The notes under the pieces: generated by a model
Seen by the model: only the letters and a program-made list of their open reading frames with translations
The model's database searches: none
What the model was told of the DNA's origin: nothing
In this document: piece after piece, positions 1 to 19,699 of the stretch
Position numbering within the stretch: the first letter of the stretch is position 1
Layout of the letters: the number at the start of each line of letters is the position of its first letter
DNA from: Yuukianura sp. NJ FZ-2021
Taxonomy: Eukaryota
NCBI GenBank assembly: GCA_046563655.1
Contig: CM102289.1
Location: forward strand, 7,254,001-7,318,000
DNA: 64,000 nt
Direction: 5' to 3'
Program-made: the position numbers and the translations under genes

Positions 1-46
1 TTTAGTATAATGCTAAAACTAAACTTTTTTAAATAACTTGTTTGAA

Positions 47-1145
47 GGATTTCATTCGGGAAGAACGTGACCAAATGAAAACTCTGTCGGAACCAGATAA
101 CTTTCTAGCTGAATTTTTGCAAAGAATTGAATCCCCTGATAAAAAGAGTTCAACAGATGAATTTATATATACGTGTACGTTGTTTCTAATCTGAATTGTC
201 TTAACTATTTGTACATTTTTTGTACATGGTTCTGGTATATTATATTTTGCGTCTGTTTTTTTTATTCAGCGGACAACTTGACTTGTATACTTCAAGACTT
301 ACAGTTAGGAGGAACCGAAACGCAGGCGCAAATTGTGAAATATTTTATTCGATTCATGTTGTCATTTCCGGATGTCCAAGAGCGTCTTCAAAAAGAAGTT
401 GATGAGGTCATTGGTAAAAATCGATTGGTGACCTGTGATGACATTCCCAAGTCAGAATTTTATCTTACCCACACAATTCAAAAATTACTAATAAGCAGGA
501 CGCATCAAAAACTATATTTTTGCAGGTTAAGTTATGTTCAAGCGACAATTAACGAAGTATACAGACTTGGTTGTGCTGTAGTGGCAGCTCCAAGAAAGCT
601 TATGAATGATGCAGTTATTGCTGGTTATAAGCTTCCAAAGGTTAACGAACGCAAGATGTCAAAAGTTAATCCAAATATTGTGACCTGTTTTCTTGGTTTT
701 TGTGCAGGGATCAGCGGTAATATTTAACATTTGGGCTGCACACAGAGATTCGACTGTTTGGGAAAATCCATTGGAGTTTAACCCTGATCGGTTCTTGTCC
801 GAAGATGGCACAACCTTGGTCAATACTGAAAAGATTGTTGCATTTGGATTTGGTAAATTAAAATTTAAAAATTTAAAAATATATTAGTAAAGTAAATGAA
901 AATTAAAAAAAAACAGAAAATTTTATCAATTTAAAAATGTATTAAAAGGGTATTAAACAATTTCAGGCAAGCGTAGATGTATCGCTGAGAAATTGGCGAG
1001 GACGAGTCTCATTCTGGGCATAACAACATTGGTTCAACAATTTAGTTTTCATTTGGATCCAGTCACTGGAGTGCCTAGTGAGGATGATAGCTTTCGATTC
1101 ACAAGATATACGCCTCCATTCTACGTCATCATTCGCAAAAGATAA
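47..1145 (+). CDS. Cytochrome P450, CYP2 clan (3' part; 5' end lies before the window)
   Basis: Approximate exons 47-170, 270-450, 526-640, 709-852, 967-1145. They encode the I-helix 'DLQLGGTET', K-helix ExxR 'EVYR', 'FNPDRF' and the heme motif 'FGFG|KRRCIAE' across an intron. Stop TAA at 1143-1145. Confidence 0.9.
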
Positions 1146-1759
1146 TTGCGCTAGAGAATAAAATGTTTTGCCAAAAGGCTACTCTAATTAATATTTCAAA
1201 TCTTCAGTGCATGTTGTAAGTTAAATCTAAGGTCAATTCTTTTTTGAGTTTTTCATTGCGCACAATCAACATAGACATTGAAAGACAAAATTGAAAAAGC
1301 ACATTGGAAATCAAAATTAAAGAAGAATTGGAAACCAGAAGTATAAAAGAACTGAAAGATAAAAAGTCCGTTAACACAATGAAAAGAAAATTTTCTGCAT
1401 GTTTTTTAATATGTTTCATCTAGAATCTTTAATTGAGTGTAAAATGGTTGAGAATTTACACGGTTTTCAGTACCATACAGAGTTCTAGGTAAAATATCGC
1501 GGAAAGTTTTGTACTTTTAATTTATTTGAAAATACATGTTTTATTACCACATATATCGGTGACGATTGAAATCGTCAAGGCCAACCTTACGAAATTTAAC
1601 TCTTGGATACCAAAAATTATTGTAAAACTTTAGAAAAATTTTCACACAGTCAGTAACATAACTTTTATTTCAAAAATGTTTTTAAATGAACATTTGAAAG
1701 TTATTGGGTAGAAAATTTGTATTGAAAATGTGTAGTAAACGTGTTCAAAAAAGTTTGTT

Positions 1760-3556
1760 TTATCGCTTTAAGTTTTCAATGTATTGTTCCAGTCCTTCCC
1801 AGTTGGCTGTATAGTCAATGTGTAGTTGACCTTGGGGGCCAACACTAAAATTTTTGTTTTTTGGGGGCTCCGGTTGCCCTTTACTTGCAGGAGCGTGTAA
1901 ACTTCTGCGCAGTCGTATGTAGTATGGATCTGTGAGTCCGATGTCCTTTGTGTCATCTTCATCTTCAAAAGTTGACACCAAGCTCGGAGAGTTTTCTTTG
2001 TCATTTCGTACCCTGAGAAAACGTAAAATTACATTACATCAAAGTTAAATTTAATAAATCGTTTTAGGAAATCATTTTACATTTGTCCTTCCCAAATATC
2101 TTCAAAAAGTTTAGCAGAGGTGCTGAAATCTGTGAGACGAATGACTTCACCACAGTTTGGACAAGTATTGTTTGACCTTCCGTCAATTCTGTGTTTCCGT
2201 TCAGGAATTAAGGAAGGGCGTTCAATGTAAAATTCACCCGGAAGAAACGCTTGGCCAGAGTCCATCAGATGGTGGTTCACATTTTGAAAAAGTGGCCCTG
2301 AAAGGAATTTTTTTATATTAAGGCACCAATTTAGCGTGTTTTTAAAAAGAGAGTTTAAAAAAATAAAGGCAGAGGCACCATAAAAATAAAAAAAAATCTT
2401 CAATTTTAAAACGCGTCAAGAGATATTGAAAAAATTTAGTTCGTGTTTCAGTTTTAATACCAAAACGTGTGTATTGAGGATATGTGCTAGATTTAATGCT
2501 TTTTGGACGGAAGAAGGAATCACGGAAGCACGGAACAGATTTTAACGCCCATCAAACAACATGCAACAAACTGCATCAAACGGAACGCAAAAATGATGCA
2601 CACGGAAAATCTAAAAGGGTAAGTAAATTAAATGGAGCCGGAACCATGAAAACTTGTGTTTTTTGAAAAGCATATTTCACGAGTTTTGGAAATTTAAAGT
2701 TTAGTTTGTAAATTAATAATTCAGAAAAGTTAATTACAGAGAATGTTTTCTAGGTCGAACAACCTACGTTATGTTAAAATTTCAAAAATTTATGAATTTG
2801 TAACTACAATTTCGAAATATAATCCTAGGGGGTTTAGAACGTTTGCTCTCATTCTCTCATGATTTTGATCGTGGAATCTGTGAAACACAAACGATTGCGA
2901 AAAGTAAGTTGCAAAAGCAAATAAAATTTTGCATTTGTGTACATTATGCTTGACCTTATATATTTTTCGATGAATATTAAGGTCAATAACCTTAATATGC
3001 TACTATTTGAACTCAATTTTGATTAATTTTTAGTGTCTAAAACTTACGTTCTTCCATGCTACTTCCAGAAGACGAAGCTGTTTCGTATCCGTCAGATCCA
3101 AGTCTACGTTTTGATTCTAGTCGATTAGTATTTGCAAGCACAGATTCATTTCTAATTGTGACGACATCTAGGGAACAACAATTGTCCAATCCTGGGTCAG
3201 AGGTCACAGTTGAGTATTTGTCACAATCGTCTACTTTTGATTCAGAGTCGACTGAATCTGAATGGACTCCAGAATCCCGATCTAGTGCTGAATTGCTTCT
3301 GATTTTAACTTCTTCTAGAACCGGATTCACTGAACTTATTACAGTTTCATCATAGTGTAAAAACTGTTCATCACTGTGTAGTCCAAGATTGTCAGCGTAG
3401 AGGTCACTGGGACAAAAAACGTCTTCGGGGTCACTGACCTTTAGACCTAACTTTGCTGGAGAACTAATTTTTCTCCAGTAATTAACTTTGTCCAATTCCC
3501 AAGCGTTTAGTGAGTGAAGCGTCGCCACTGGAAAACTTTTACGACGCTCCATCCAG
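1760..3556 (-). CDS. Uncharacterised Ser/acidic-rich protein (further 5' exons probably at ~3640-4230)
   Basis: Phase-compatible GT-AG joins link exons ~3047-3556, ~2080-2297 and 1760-2012. No recognisable domain; start codon not determined. Confidence 0.5.
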
Positions 3557-6068
3557 CTTTTGAAAACAAAACAAAGGAAAATTAACTTTTTAAAATTTGA
3601 ATTTTGGGGGGAAAAATCTTGTCTTTCAAAATTCCAGTTTTTTCAGAAGTTCTGCACTTGTAACGTGACTAACCACAAGTTGAGAAGTGATCTTCTTCAA
3701 TTGGAGGTTTCTCCTTTTTAGTGTAACATTACACTTGAAGAATAAGTAAGCAATTTGGTACTTTTCATTCTGCTATGCACTAGTTACCCCTCCCCACCTT
3801 TCCGCAACTAGTTTAAGCTTAAAGTTAATGAAAATCAGGCGGTTGCGAGACAATGATCATCTTCAACTAAACTTTATTGTTTGCTAATGCCAAATAACTC
3901 AAAACTTACAAAAGTAGATATAACTCGTTTGTTGCAAATTGCAATAAAAAGAAGCTTTTTTGCAGTCCAAGGAACTTGCTCCACAAAGTCATCTTGACAA
4001 ATCCTTTGTGAAATTGGGCATTGTTGTGATGTTTTGGATTCTCCTTTTGACTTTTTGTTTCAGTGCCAACTTTTGATTTGGGTTGAAATTCAACTAATTA
4101 ATTAAAATTGTACCTTGTATAATTGTAATTCTTCTCAGCATGCTTTTTTTCAACGTCCAAAGTCAGGTTGTCATTGTCTTGATTAGAATTGTTTCGAAAT
4201 AGGCGTCAAATTAACACAACTTGGTGTAAAAAATTGTTTGAGGAAGACCGTGATCTAATTCGAGACAATCTGAAAATCGAAACCAGCTTGTACATATTAT
4301 GTGCGCTTCACTGAAATACAACTTCAATGTAATTATCATAATTCATAATGCTTCAATGAGAGAATTAAAAATATAAAATACCTAACTAAAAACTGAATTT
4401 CATAGGTGATTTTAGAGTGTATTTTAACAAAATGACGCTGTCAATTTAAAATCGAAATTGTTTCTCAATTCTTGTGTAAGTGAAAATTATTAACTTCTTG
4501 AGGGTGTGATTTGCTGTTTTTGACTTTGAATTTTTGAAAAGCACAAAAATTGACGATGCGGAAAATGTGATCTTGTTAAATCATTGGGAAAGTGTCAATT
4601 GTATCGGAACAAAAATTGTTGATACTGAGATTGAAAGCCATTTAAATTGAAATTCTGCAAGGTTGAAATTTTATTTTTTGACTTTTTCAAAATTTCTATT
4701 TTTTTGTGCGGTTTACCCAATAAAAAAAGTCAACATCATCGTTTACCTTTTGTCGTCTTTTTTATTACACGATATTGTGAAATGAAACAACAAAACGAAA
4801 CGCGTTGAATTTGAACTTTAGAATTTGTTAATATTTAAGTCAAGGGAAATTTTTAGTGACAAGCCCAAAACATTTACACAAAACCACGTTAACCTTAATC
4901 ATCAACTTTTGTTTTGACGTTTACCTCAATTGATTTCAAAAATGCTGATGTTGTAACTTACATGTATACTATGTAATGTTGTATTACGGAAAACAAATGC
5001 ATGTATAAGATTGAAAGCCGTCAATCTTCCGCTAGTTTACAAAATGGCCCAACTGACTCTTGAATTGACAAAGTTGTTTGTTGACATGCAATTGGAAATG
5101 AAGGAATACGGAAGGCAAGTTTACTGCCAAAATGACCAAAAAAACGTAATTTTTTTAACTTTAAAATGAAAAGCGTTACGAACTTATTGCCAACTTTGTT
5201 AGTATATCGTAATGAATTATGAGTTAGTGACGACACGCGCGTAACGACCTCATGGTGACATGTGTGCCAACGTGTGTCGAATTCACAATGAATGGGATTT
5301 GACGATCCTGAACCTCATTAGGGACAAGTTCCGAGATGACAAAATTTGGCTCAAAAATTTGAAATGAGAAACGTGTTTGGTGTTTTTGGTAAAAAAGAAA
5401 ATGGGAGAAGCAGTTATAATAATTACGAAAGTAATTAATTTTTTGACAGTAATGGACTGTTGGAATTGATTATTCCAAAACCCAAATGGATTCAAAGCTT
5501 TTTATTAAAAAAAATTGTTAAATATTATAATGAACAATGCGTGTTGTTTCATGTTAAAATGTAAACAAAACTCCTTCGTTTTATGGAACATTACATAAGA
5601 TTTCTGTTTACTTTTGTAAACAAAATAGTAATGTTGCCAGATTTATAGTAATTCAATCAGATGTTGTGTTAAATAGTAATTAATTTTGAAGTTAAGTTAA
5701 AACAAAACTGATTAAACCGAAATACGTGATGGAACAATACTGATTGAAACACTAATGTCAGCAAAATTTGAAGGCTGCGGATAAATTCTTTAAGAATTTT
5801 AAAAGCGCGCGAAAGTTAAACTATATTTCAGCAACATTTTACCACACGCGCTTTTGTTGTCAATTTTTAAAACGCTACCTATGCAATGCAAGAATTTCAC
5901 GTTCAACAGCAAGAAACACTGAACAGAAAGCTTACACTCCGTAAGTTGTCAATTATTAATAGAACTTGAAACTTGAATTAATTACTTGTTAGTTTTTAGA
6001 GCACGTACGACGGAACTGCGAGCATAATCTGTAACATATTGAACAGCTGTGTTCGATTTTGCGAGAAT

Positions 6069-8892
<2,824 letters not shown>

Positions 8893-9308
8893 ATGGAAGT
8901 TGGAGACGTTTCACTCGTTGCGACTTTCCCGGTAATACTTTTTTTCTGCCCGTCCCAGAGTAACCATATTCCAATATGGGGTGTGTTGTGTGGTGACTCT
9001 CGGATGAACTTGGTTTAATTCAATTTACTGACACTACTTTTTAGTGTTTAGTTTTTAAGTTGCTCGTTATCAGTTGTTGTTTCTTTTTATCTTTATTATA
9101 AGGAAAACTTGTTGAAAGCAGAGTTTGAGGATCTTTCAAGTGATTATTGAGATATCTGGGGTAAGGTCAACGAGCCGGAATACGTTTGTGGATTGGTCAT
9201 AAAAGGTCATTTAACTTTTACAGTTGTTCATCTTGCCTTCTAAAAATTGTTTGTTGCTCAACGTATTAACTTGACTTTTAGAGGTGGTTGGATCGTAAGT
9301 TGTCTGCA

Positions 9309-12665
<3,357 letters not shown>

Positions 12666-12861
12666 TTTCTTCTACGAATTCAATCAGCTGTTATGGGTAA
12701 TTACGTATTTTATAAAATAGTTACAGCAACATACCTAATTGCATTTTACTTCTTTTCGAGCAAGATTAATTATGAGATTGAAATTAAACCTTGATGAATT
12801 TACTTTAGGACACTTTGTAGCAATTTTACAAATAAGTATTAGGAAGGAAGCACTTCTACTC

Positions 12862-14345
12862 TTAGCCGAGGATGTTGCCATCTTTGTCGAAGTCCTTGGC
12901 GGACATCTCTGATGTACGGACAACAAAGTCACCACAAGTACCAACCAGTTGGTAGAGCTTGGTCAACTGACCGGGCTGTACAATGAAGTCAGTAGTTGTA
13001 GTAGTGGCTTCATTGAAAGTTCCAGAGGCAGAATTACTCCAATCGTGTCCAGTTGATTTACTTTTGCCATAATTTTCTCCAAAATTGGCCGAGAGAAAGG
13101 ACAAGGCAACTCCAATTCCTTTACTTCCGCCAGTTGAACTTCCCTCACCCTCATGCTGTCCAGTTGCAGTGGCTTTGCCTTTACTAACACCAACCGTCTT
13201 ATCATACTTGCAGTTAATTGCTGAAGCTCGCATCGTGGCATCACAAGATAGGACCATCTCCCACTTGTCACTTGGTTTACAAGTTGCCGCTGGATTGGGA
13301 ATGTCGCAGCATTGCATCCGAACGTTGTTAAGTGCCGTATTATCTGTTCATAAAAATCCAAATATTAATCAAAATTTTAATCAATTTTCTGTTTTTTTTT
13401 ACCGCCATAGCCGATCCATCTTTGGTCAACGAAGGAAGAAAAGTACGATTGTTCTCGCTCTTCTGGAAATTCAACTTGGGTTTGAATTCCGCAAACGTAC
13501 TGATCGTCCAGACACGACATTCTGCGCTCCCATTCTCCTTTGTCCAGTCCATCTCCTTCTAATTCAGTAGTCTGTCCACTGCAAAATACTCGAAGATTTG
13601 TTGCTCCGTAGTCATCTTGGAGACCTAACATGGAAGATCCACTTCCGCTTTTATCTTTTGCTCCTTGATGTTCAAGGCTTCTCATTTGGAATCCGTTGAT
13701 GAAAGATCCTGAACCGCACCGGAACTTGATTCCCCAGTCACCGAAGTCACCTTCGATACTCACGATGGATCCAACGGGATTAGCTTTAGCATCATCCAGT
13801 TTGCTACAGAAGAGTTCGATGCCATTGAGACCAGTGTCGTCCAGTTTTACTGAAGAGTGATGCATCTCAGCTTTCAAGCGGAAACTTGATGCATATGAGC
13901 CTTTCGGACAATTGTCCCAAGGACCTAAGCAGAAAAAAAATTAATGTCGCTAATGTGGAAAAGCCGCGTAAGGATTAATGACTGTAATTGTAGCCGCACA
14001 TTGTTACCACTCCGCCATTTTATTGGCTACACTTAGCGGCAACTTAAGTAGCCACTTTTACCTAACTGTAAGTGGCAGCACAAGTTGCATCACAGTGCAG
14101 CCACCAAGCATGGCCACTAAATATAGTAAAAATAGAGGCTACGCGGAGTGGCGATAGTATGTGGTTGCAGTGAAAGTCGTTAAACCTTACCCGAACCTGA
14201 GAAATACTTGCAATTTTTTAGAGTACAACGGTTTACCCCATTCTCCCCATTTTGTGACATTTTCACTTTCGATGACAATGTTGCTCTGAACTTGTGAACT
14301 GCTTAGTAAGACAACGCCAACAAATAGTATAGCTTTCGTCGCCAT
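12862..14345 (-). CDS. Secreted VMO-I (beta-prism) domain protein with a C-terminal aerolysin/ETX-MTX2-like extension
   Basis: Exons 14237-14345, 13403-13924, 12862-13343. Signal peptide MATKAILFVGVVLLSS. Three VMO-I repeats ('WGEWG-PWDNCPKG', 'DDTGLNGIELFC', 'GDFGDWG', 'DDYGATNLRVFC', 'VCGIQTQVE', 'DNTALNNVRMQCC'), then a ~140 aa Ser/Thr/Gly-rich domain. Confidence 0.85.
13989..14169. repeat. Degenerate inverted repeat (27-bp arms) in the first intron of the VMO-I gene; possible MITE remnant
   Basis: 13989-14015 (tgtagccgcacattgttaccactccgc) matches the reverse complement of 14143-14169 at 19 of 27 positions, and all mismatches are transitions. The intron (~312 bp) is longer than typical for this window. 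Confidence 0.4.
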
Positions 14346-14718
14346 GTTGGATTTTGATTCAATTTGAAAATTCCCAGGAGCTAAATCCCGAAAAATCGGT
14401 GGAAATTGGTATTTATAGACTATTTTGTGCATCACAATACCCTCCAAGGTTTACCTCAACCAGACTGCGGTTATACTCTTGTCGAAAATTGGAAATTACT
14501 TAACCGCATAATTTAATTGCCCACGGATTAATTGCCACTACTAAAGAAATACATGCCAACCTGACCTCAATCATCAAATGATTCCTAAGGTGTGGTTTGA
14601 AATTCATACTTTTTTAGATTCACCTCACGAAAAAACGCACTTTTTGGTTACCTAATTGCTATAGTCAATTGATTTATCTTGTAGGTGACATGTGTGATGT
14701 TCCGAAGTTACACGTTGC

Positions 14719-15765
14719 TTATTTTCTTGGAACATTTCTGGAATAGATTTGCAATTTGGAATTAGAGAAATCCAAAATAAGGGCCAAACTCGTATCTTCG
14801 TCTTTGAATGGATTTCCAGAGGGCGTCTTGGACAGTCCGAACCAAACTTTTGGAGCAGCTTGTCGAGTATATGGAGTGGATTCCGGTGGCGCATGACTCG
14901 TCTCTTCAAGTTGCAAAGTTTCCTAATATGTTCAAAGATTAATTTCCAAGTTGGATTTGAATGTTGACAAAAAAAATTGAAATGCGTACAGCGAATTCTT
15001 CAAGGTCGTTTGAGCCATTGTGCGAATCTTCTTGAGCGGGAATGACGACATGTTCGATTTCTGTGTCCGGTTCAAGATTTTCTTCTCCCAAAGCTACCGC
15101 ATTGGTTTCGTCATGAATCTCAGGCTCAGGGGTGGTAACTTCTAAAAATTTTTGAAAAACCGATTCCAATTTTGAAAAAAGTTAGTTAACTTTTAATGCT
15201 TGAGTGGTTACCTTCAACTGTTCTAGGCGTGACTGTCGCTTTTGGAGTTGCAATTGTTTGGTTTTTGCAAGGCGGAGTCCCAGAAACACATTTTGATTTT
15301 GATTGGCTGAAATATCCAACGATGCAGTCTAGTGAAATGACTTGGAATCCAGAGGGCGTTGGAAGACAGTAGAAGTACTTCGTACAGTCATGGGGATCGG
15401 CAAGGTAGCTTGGTAGAGTACAAGCAACAGGATTTTCTGTACTTCCATGTTCAGTCGCTGGTGTGATTCCCGCCGGGTGCTTCAAATTTATTACGGTGGA
15501 TCGGTGTGTTGCATTTGCATTACCAATTGGGGAAGGCAGAACGAGGCGGAAAGTGACTTTTCCTTCATCGCTGGAATTCTGGATTCAATTTTTCAAATTT
15601 TGAATAATTTTACGTTTTATTTAAAATTTGAGCTCTTAATTTAAAAAATACCCTTGCTTCCGAAGCGTTTAACCCTGAGCGAAGTTTAACCCGGAACGCC
15701 AGCGTGGGAACGATGCTTAACAGGGACACTACAAAAATTTTGGACACTACTCTGAATAGAAGCAT
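14719..15765 (-). CDS. Secreted chitin-binding peritrophin-A (CBM14) protein with Thr/Pro/Glu-rich tail
   Basis: Approximate exons 15652-15765, 15211-15578, 14989-15141, 14719-14922. Signal-like N-terminus MLLFRVVSKIFVVSLLSIVPTLA. Six-Cys motif 'CTLPSYLADPHDCTKYFYC...LDCIVGYFSQSKSKCVSGTPPC'. Confidence 0.8.
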
Positions 15766-18285
15766 CTTTGCAAAGTACGCTGTTTGTCCTTGGCTTTTTC
15801 GAAATTTCGAAAAATATTCTTACTCTTGCGGCTTATACAGTCCGTTATGACTTGTGAATGCAAGAACTTTGCATCTTCGAATTTTAAGATATTCCATTTC
15901 TACAGATTTCTTCTGAATTTCGCCACATCCTAAACAAAAGATTAACAACATCCTGTCTCAGCATCACACATGATTCATTTCCTCCTGGATTTCCAGTGCT
16001 AAAAGTCCTTTAGCAGGGCAATAAGGCTTTGATTACAGTAGAGCCTCGCATTGTGCAACTTTTAGCTCCGCCTCTCTGACGATTGGATACCGTAAAATCG
16101 CAGATTTTGGCGGGAATTTTACATTACAAACAAAACGCTATTGAATGTAATGTATTGGATTTTGAAATCTTTCAGATTCGGGGAAAACTCTTGTCTAAGC
16201 CAACCAATCAGAGCGTGTTGTGCAATGAGAGGTTCGACTGTACTTGCACTTCACGTTTCAAGAATTCGAATGAAAAAGAAACAACAAGATTCCAAGAAAT
16301 ATATCAAATCGCTTGACCTCTAAATTTTGACCTAAAATCCATGTGAAACAAAGCTTCGTTTTAAATAGAGCGATTAGCAGCTATTTCCACAACCATATTG
16401 CATAAAATGTAGGTCGGATGTATCCCATTAATCCTGGACAAAGGTTCCATCCGCCTTCACAAAAAATCCAAGAGTCGCACTTTTTTTTTGAAGATTAGGG
16501 AATTATATTTCGTAAAAAGCGTCTGGAGATTCGTTTTGGAAGTTGATGGAATTCCACTTGGAGAAAATAGATAAAGGAAGAAGATGAAGCTGTATTTTTC
16601 GCCTCTCTTCCTAAGCCTTATTTCCCACATTACCATATTTATAACTTTGGCCTTAATCAGAAAAAGTAGAAAGCAGCAGCCTCCTGCTTTCTCCGTATAA
16701 TAAGATTTGAGTGGAAAAGACAGATGACGAAACAAAGTTTCATTTCTTCTTCAATTCAATTGGATTTCGACGCTGCTTTGTGCTAAAAGGATTTCCAGCG
16801 ATTCCAGTAGCAGCTCATCCTCATCATTTCGCTTCTCTGACTTCTTTTATTCCCACACTCTCTTCTATCACACCACACCAAGAGGCGGATGATTGTGTGG
16901 GGTGGGAAGGGTCAGGGGGCGGTGGGAGTGAATTTGGCAGTATAGTACTGGATGCTGGATGCTGCCTAAAGGAATGTGCTTCCACTGTGATTCGTTGTGG
17001 AAATCATAAGAAAGTGTAAATCGGATGGAGTTCATTTCATATCTCGCTTTGTGACTCTGCCACACTTTCTCCTCATTCTGTATTCATACTTTCACCACGC
17101 TCCAAAAATCACGCACTTTCTCATCCGTTTTTGTCCAGTTGCTTTCACTACGTCCAAATTTACTTTAAAAAAATTGTTTTCTAATTTTTTTCTTTACAAT
17201 AAATCATATCAGTGAATTTTACAGGTTAAAATTTTACAATTTTACATTTTGTTATTAGGTCAACTAACAACAAAAATCAGAGAACCTTCGTCAAAAAAAA
17301 ACCCCAATTCCAATTGCATTTTTTTAAAAGTGATTTTTCAATTGGAAAAATGCAGGGTACGTTGAATCGGAATTTAGCGCTGCAATTTGAACCAAATGGC
17401 TAGAAAATCAAAACGCGCGTTACTCTTAAGATTAGATTGCCCAAAAGCATGTTGCCACTCAATTCGCGCTTAACTTTAACCAATCGCTTTCTCGCCTGCG
17501 AATTACTTCTGTGAAATGGGAATCGACACTGTCGTTGATGAGAATTGCTTTCACTATGTGCTTTCTTTGCACTTCAGTTTCACTTGAGTGCTGGTCGTGA
17601 TGATGATAGTAATGCTGGCGTTGGTTGTTATTGAAGATTTCAATGAAATGAAGTTGGCCCAGTATGAAGAAATCACTGAATCCTTAGTACTCTTTTTCGT
17701 AGTAGCCAATTTCTTCCATCTGCCTCAAATTATTTTCCTTTCACGCTCATTTCCTGGCAGCATCTTTCCAGTACTTTTTCCCTTACCGTTACTACTACTG
17801 CAAGTATCAATCTTCTTTCTCAGTCTCTCAATAATGGAGCATACTATCCGATCTTCCACTCAATTCATTTCCCCCTTCAGCATCAACATCACAACCTCTC
17901 AGTTGTGTCTGTCGGCTATCCTCCTTCCTTTCATTAGTTCTAACAATTTCTCAGAACTTACGTCTTCGGAATTTGTATTCAATCTGTGGCTTCAATTTTT
18001 TCTAGGCTTTAGAATGGATGGGTAATCACGAGGAACTGAAAACTACAAAAGAAGAACGTAATTTTGGATTCGTGGTGGTGTATCTTTAGTTCATGAATGA
18101 ATGTGATTGTCTTATTGTGAAAGATGGAGGAAGTATATTTTGCGTTGCGTTTATAGTTGCCAAAATAAGTTGTCTATGAGTTGTCTAGTGACTGACATCC
18201 AGTATCAGTTGAGATGATATAGTACGGTAGTAGTAGTGATGATGATGTTGAGGCTTTGAGTGTTGAGAAAAGAAGACTGTCCAAA

Positions 18286-19269
18286 TCAAACTCGCCACTG
18301 GAACAGTAAGAAAAACGATTATATGTGACGATTCTTGAATACTCAATTGTGTTTGGGGTTTGGAAATGCCTCACGTTCAAAACTGGATTGAAGCCACCCT
18401 CTCGAGCAACCTTGTCTTCAGCTTTCTCACGAGCTTCTTGGCGAGCTTTCATACGCTGAAATGCAGCAGAGTCTGGTAACCCTCGCTCTTGTTGTTCCTT
18501 TGCCCGTTTCTCAGCGGCACTGAGCATCTCACGCCGTTTGGCTTCTTCCTCAGTCTAGAATAGTATTAATCAAACTTGAATTAGAGTCGCTCAAGTAAAA
18601 GCACTGGATTTGGGTTACCTCATGTTCATGATCGATTCTTGGTCTTTTCGTAGAGAGGTTTTCTTCAGTGGTAGAATTTGAATGAGAACACGCAGTAGAC
18701 GTGGATGAAACAACTGGAGAAGCAGCTACTGAAGTTGAGGCCGTCGTGATCGTCCTGGAATGGCTCGTTGTTGTGGTGGTCGCTGTCTCTTCTTGAAGGG
18801 TGGGCGCTTGACGCTTGCCGGTAACTACAGACGAATCATTTCGAGCACAATGCCCAATTCCTGTGAATGGCTTGATTGGCTTGGAGGGTGAGGAGGACGG
18901 TCCGGCTCCACTGTTACCAGAGTTTGACCGAGATGGACCCTTTTTGTGTACTTCTTGCTGTTTTGTCCAATTAGCTTCAAACTCCCGGAGAAGATCGGGG
19001 CATTGCAAATTCGCCGCCGGCTCCCAGCTGTTGTCAGAGCTAAAAAGCGGATTGATTGATATAATTAACATTTCCAAACTTTCTCCTCTTATGATTCAAT
19101 AATACATTCTTACTTACTCCGGGTAATTTAACCATTTAATCAGATACTCAGTGCCAGTTTGCAGGGTTCGCTTCATCAATATTTTTTCCACAACGAATTG
19201 CTCATCACTGTCCGATCCTTCTGGAGCACAAGCAGCATAAAGCGTGTCCCAATCCCATTCTTCAGACAT
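18286..19269 (-). CDS. Chromodomain protein with an SVIP-like C-terminal module
   Basis: Exons 19118-19269, 18619-19039, 18375-18554 and 18286-18297 join in frame through canonical GT-AG sites. They give the chromodomain 'FVVEKILMKR..TEYLIKWLNYPDSDNSWEPAANLQCPDLLREFE', a Ser/Thr linker, then 'EEEAKRREMLSAAEKRAKEQQERGL...NPVLN-WRV*'. Confidence 0.75.
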
Positions 19270-19699
19270 CGCGATCGGTTGTAGTATTAAAGATCTAAAA
19301 CATTCCGTAACTGTAGTTTGTATTGGTCTTAATTTTGTATTGTGTAAGTTAACAACCTTACCAGCGTAGTCCGTGTACAGCAATTGTGAATTGATTGATG
19401 CTGATGAATGATGGTAGTAGAAATGATTGTAATGTACCTTCTCAATTTTAGCAGTTTAAACAGACATACATCATGTGTTTCTATGTGCGGAAGCGGATGC
19501 ATGTGAGCGGAACGGAGACAGAAAAAAAATTAAGATTTCCAAAAAAAATTGTTTGTAAACACAAAATCAAACATACGCGCCAAGGCAACTACGAGCGTCA
19601 CTATATCACTTGCTTTCCCCAAATCCAATCCAATATTCTACATTGTCCAAACTTTTATGAGTTTTGAACCTTGAACAACTTTTAGAATAAAAATAGCAT

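Noticed and set aside
16500..18040. Possible extra minus-strand exons (acceptors ~18035, ~17675, ~16965) or a chromoshadow domain; + strand hydrophobic ORF 17588-18025
   Set aside because: No recognisable domain or chromoshadow motif and no convincing start. May be UTR or non-coding.
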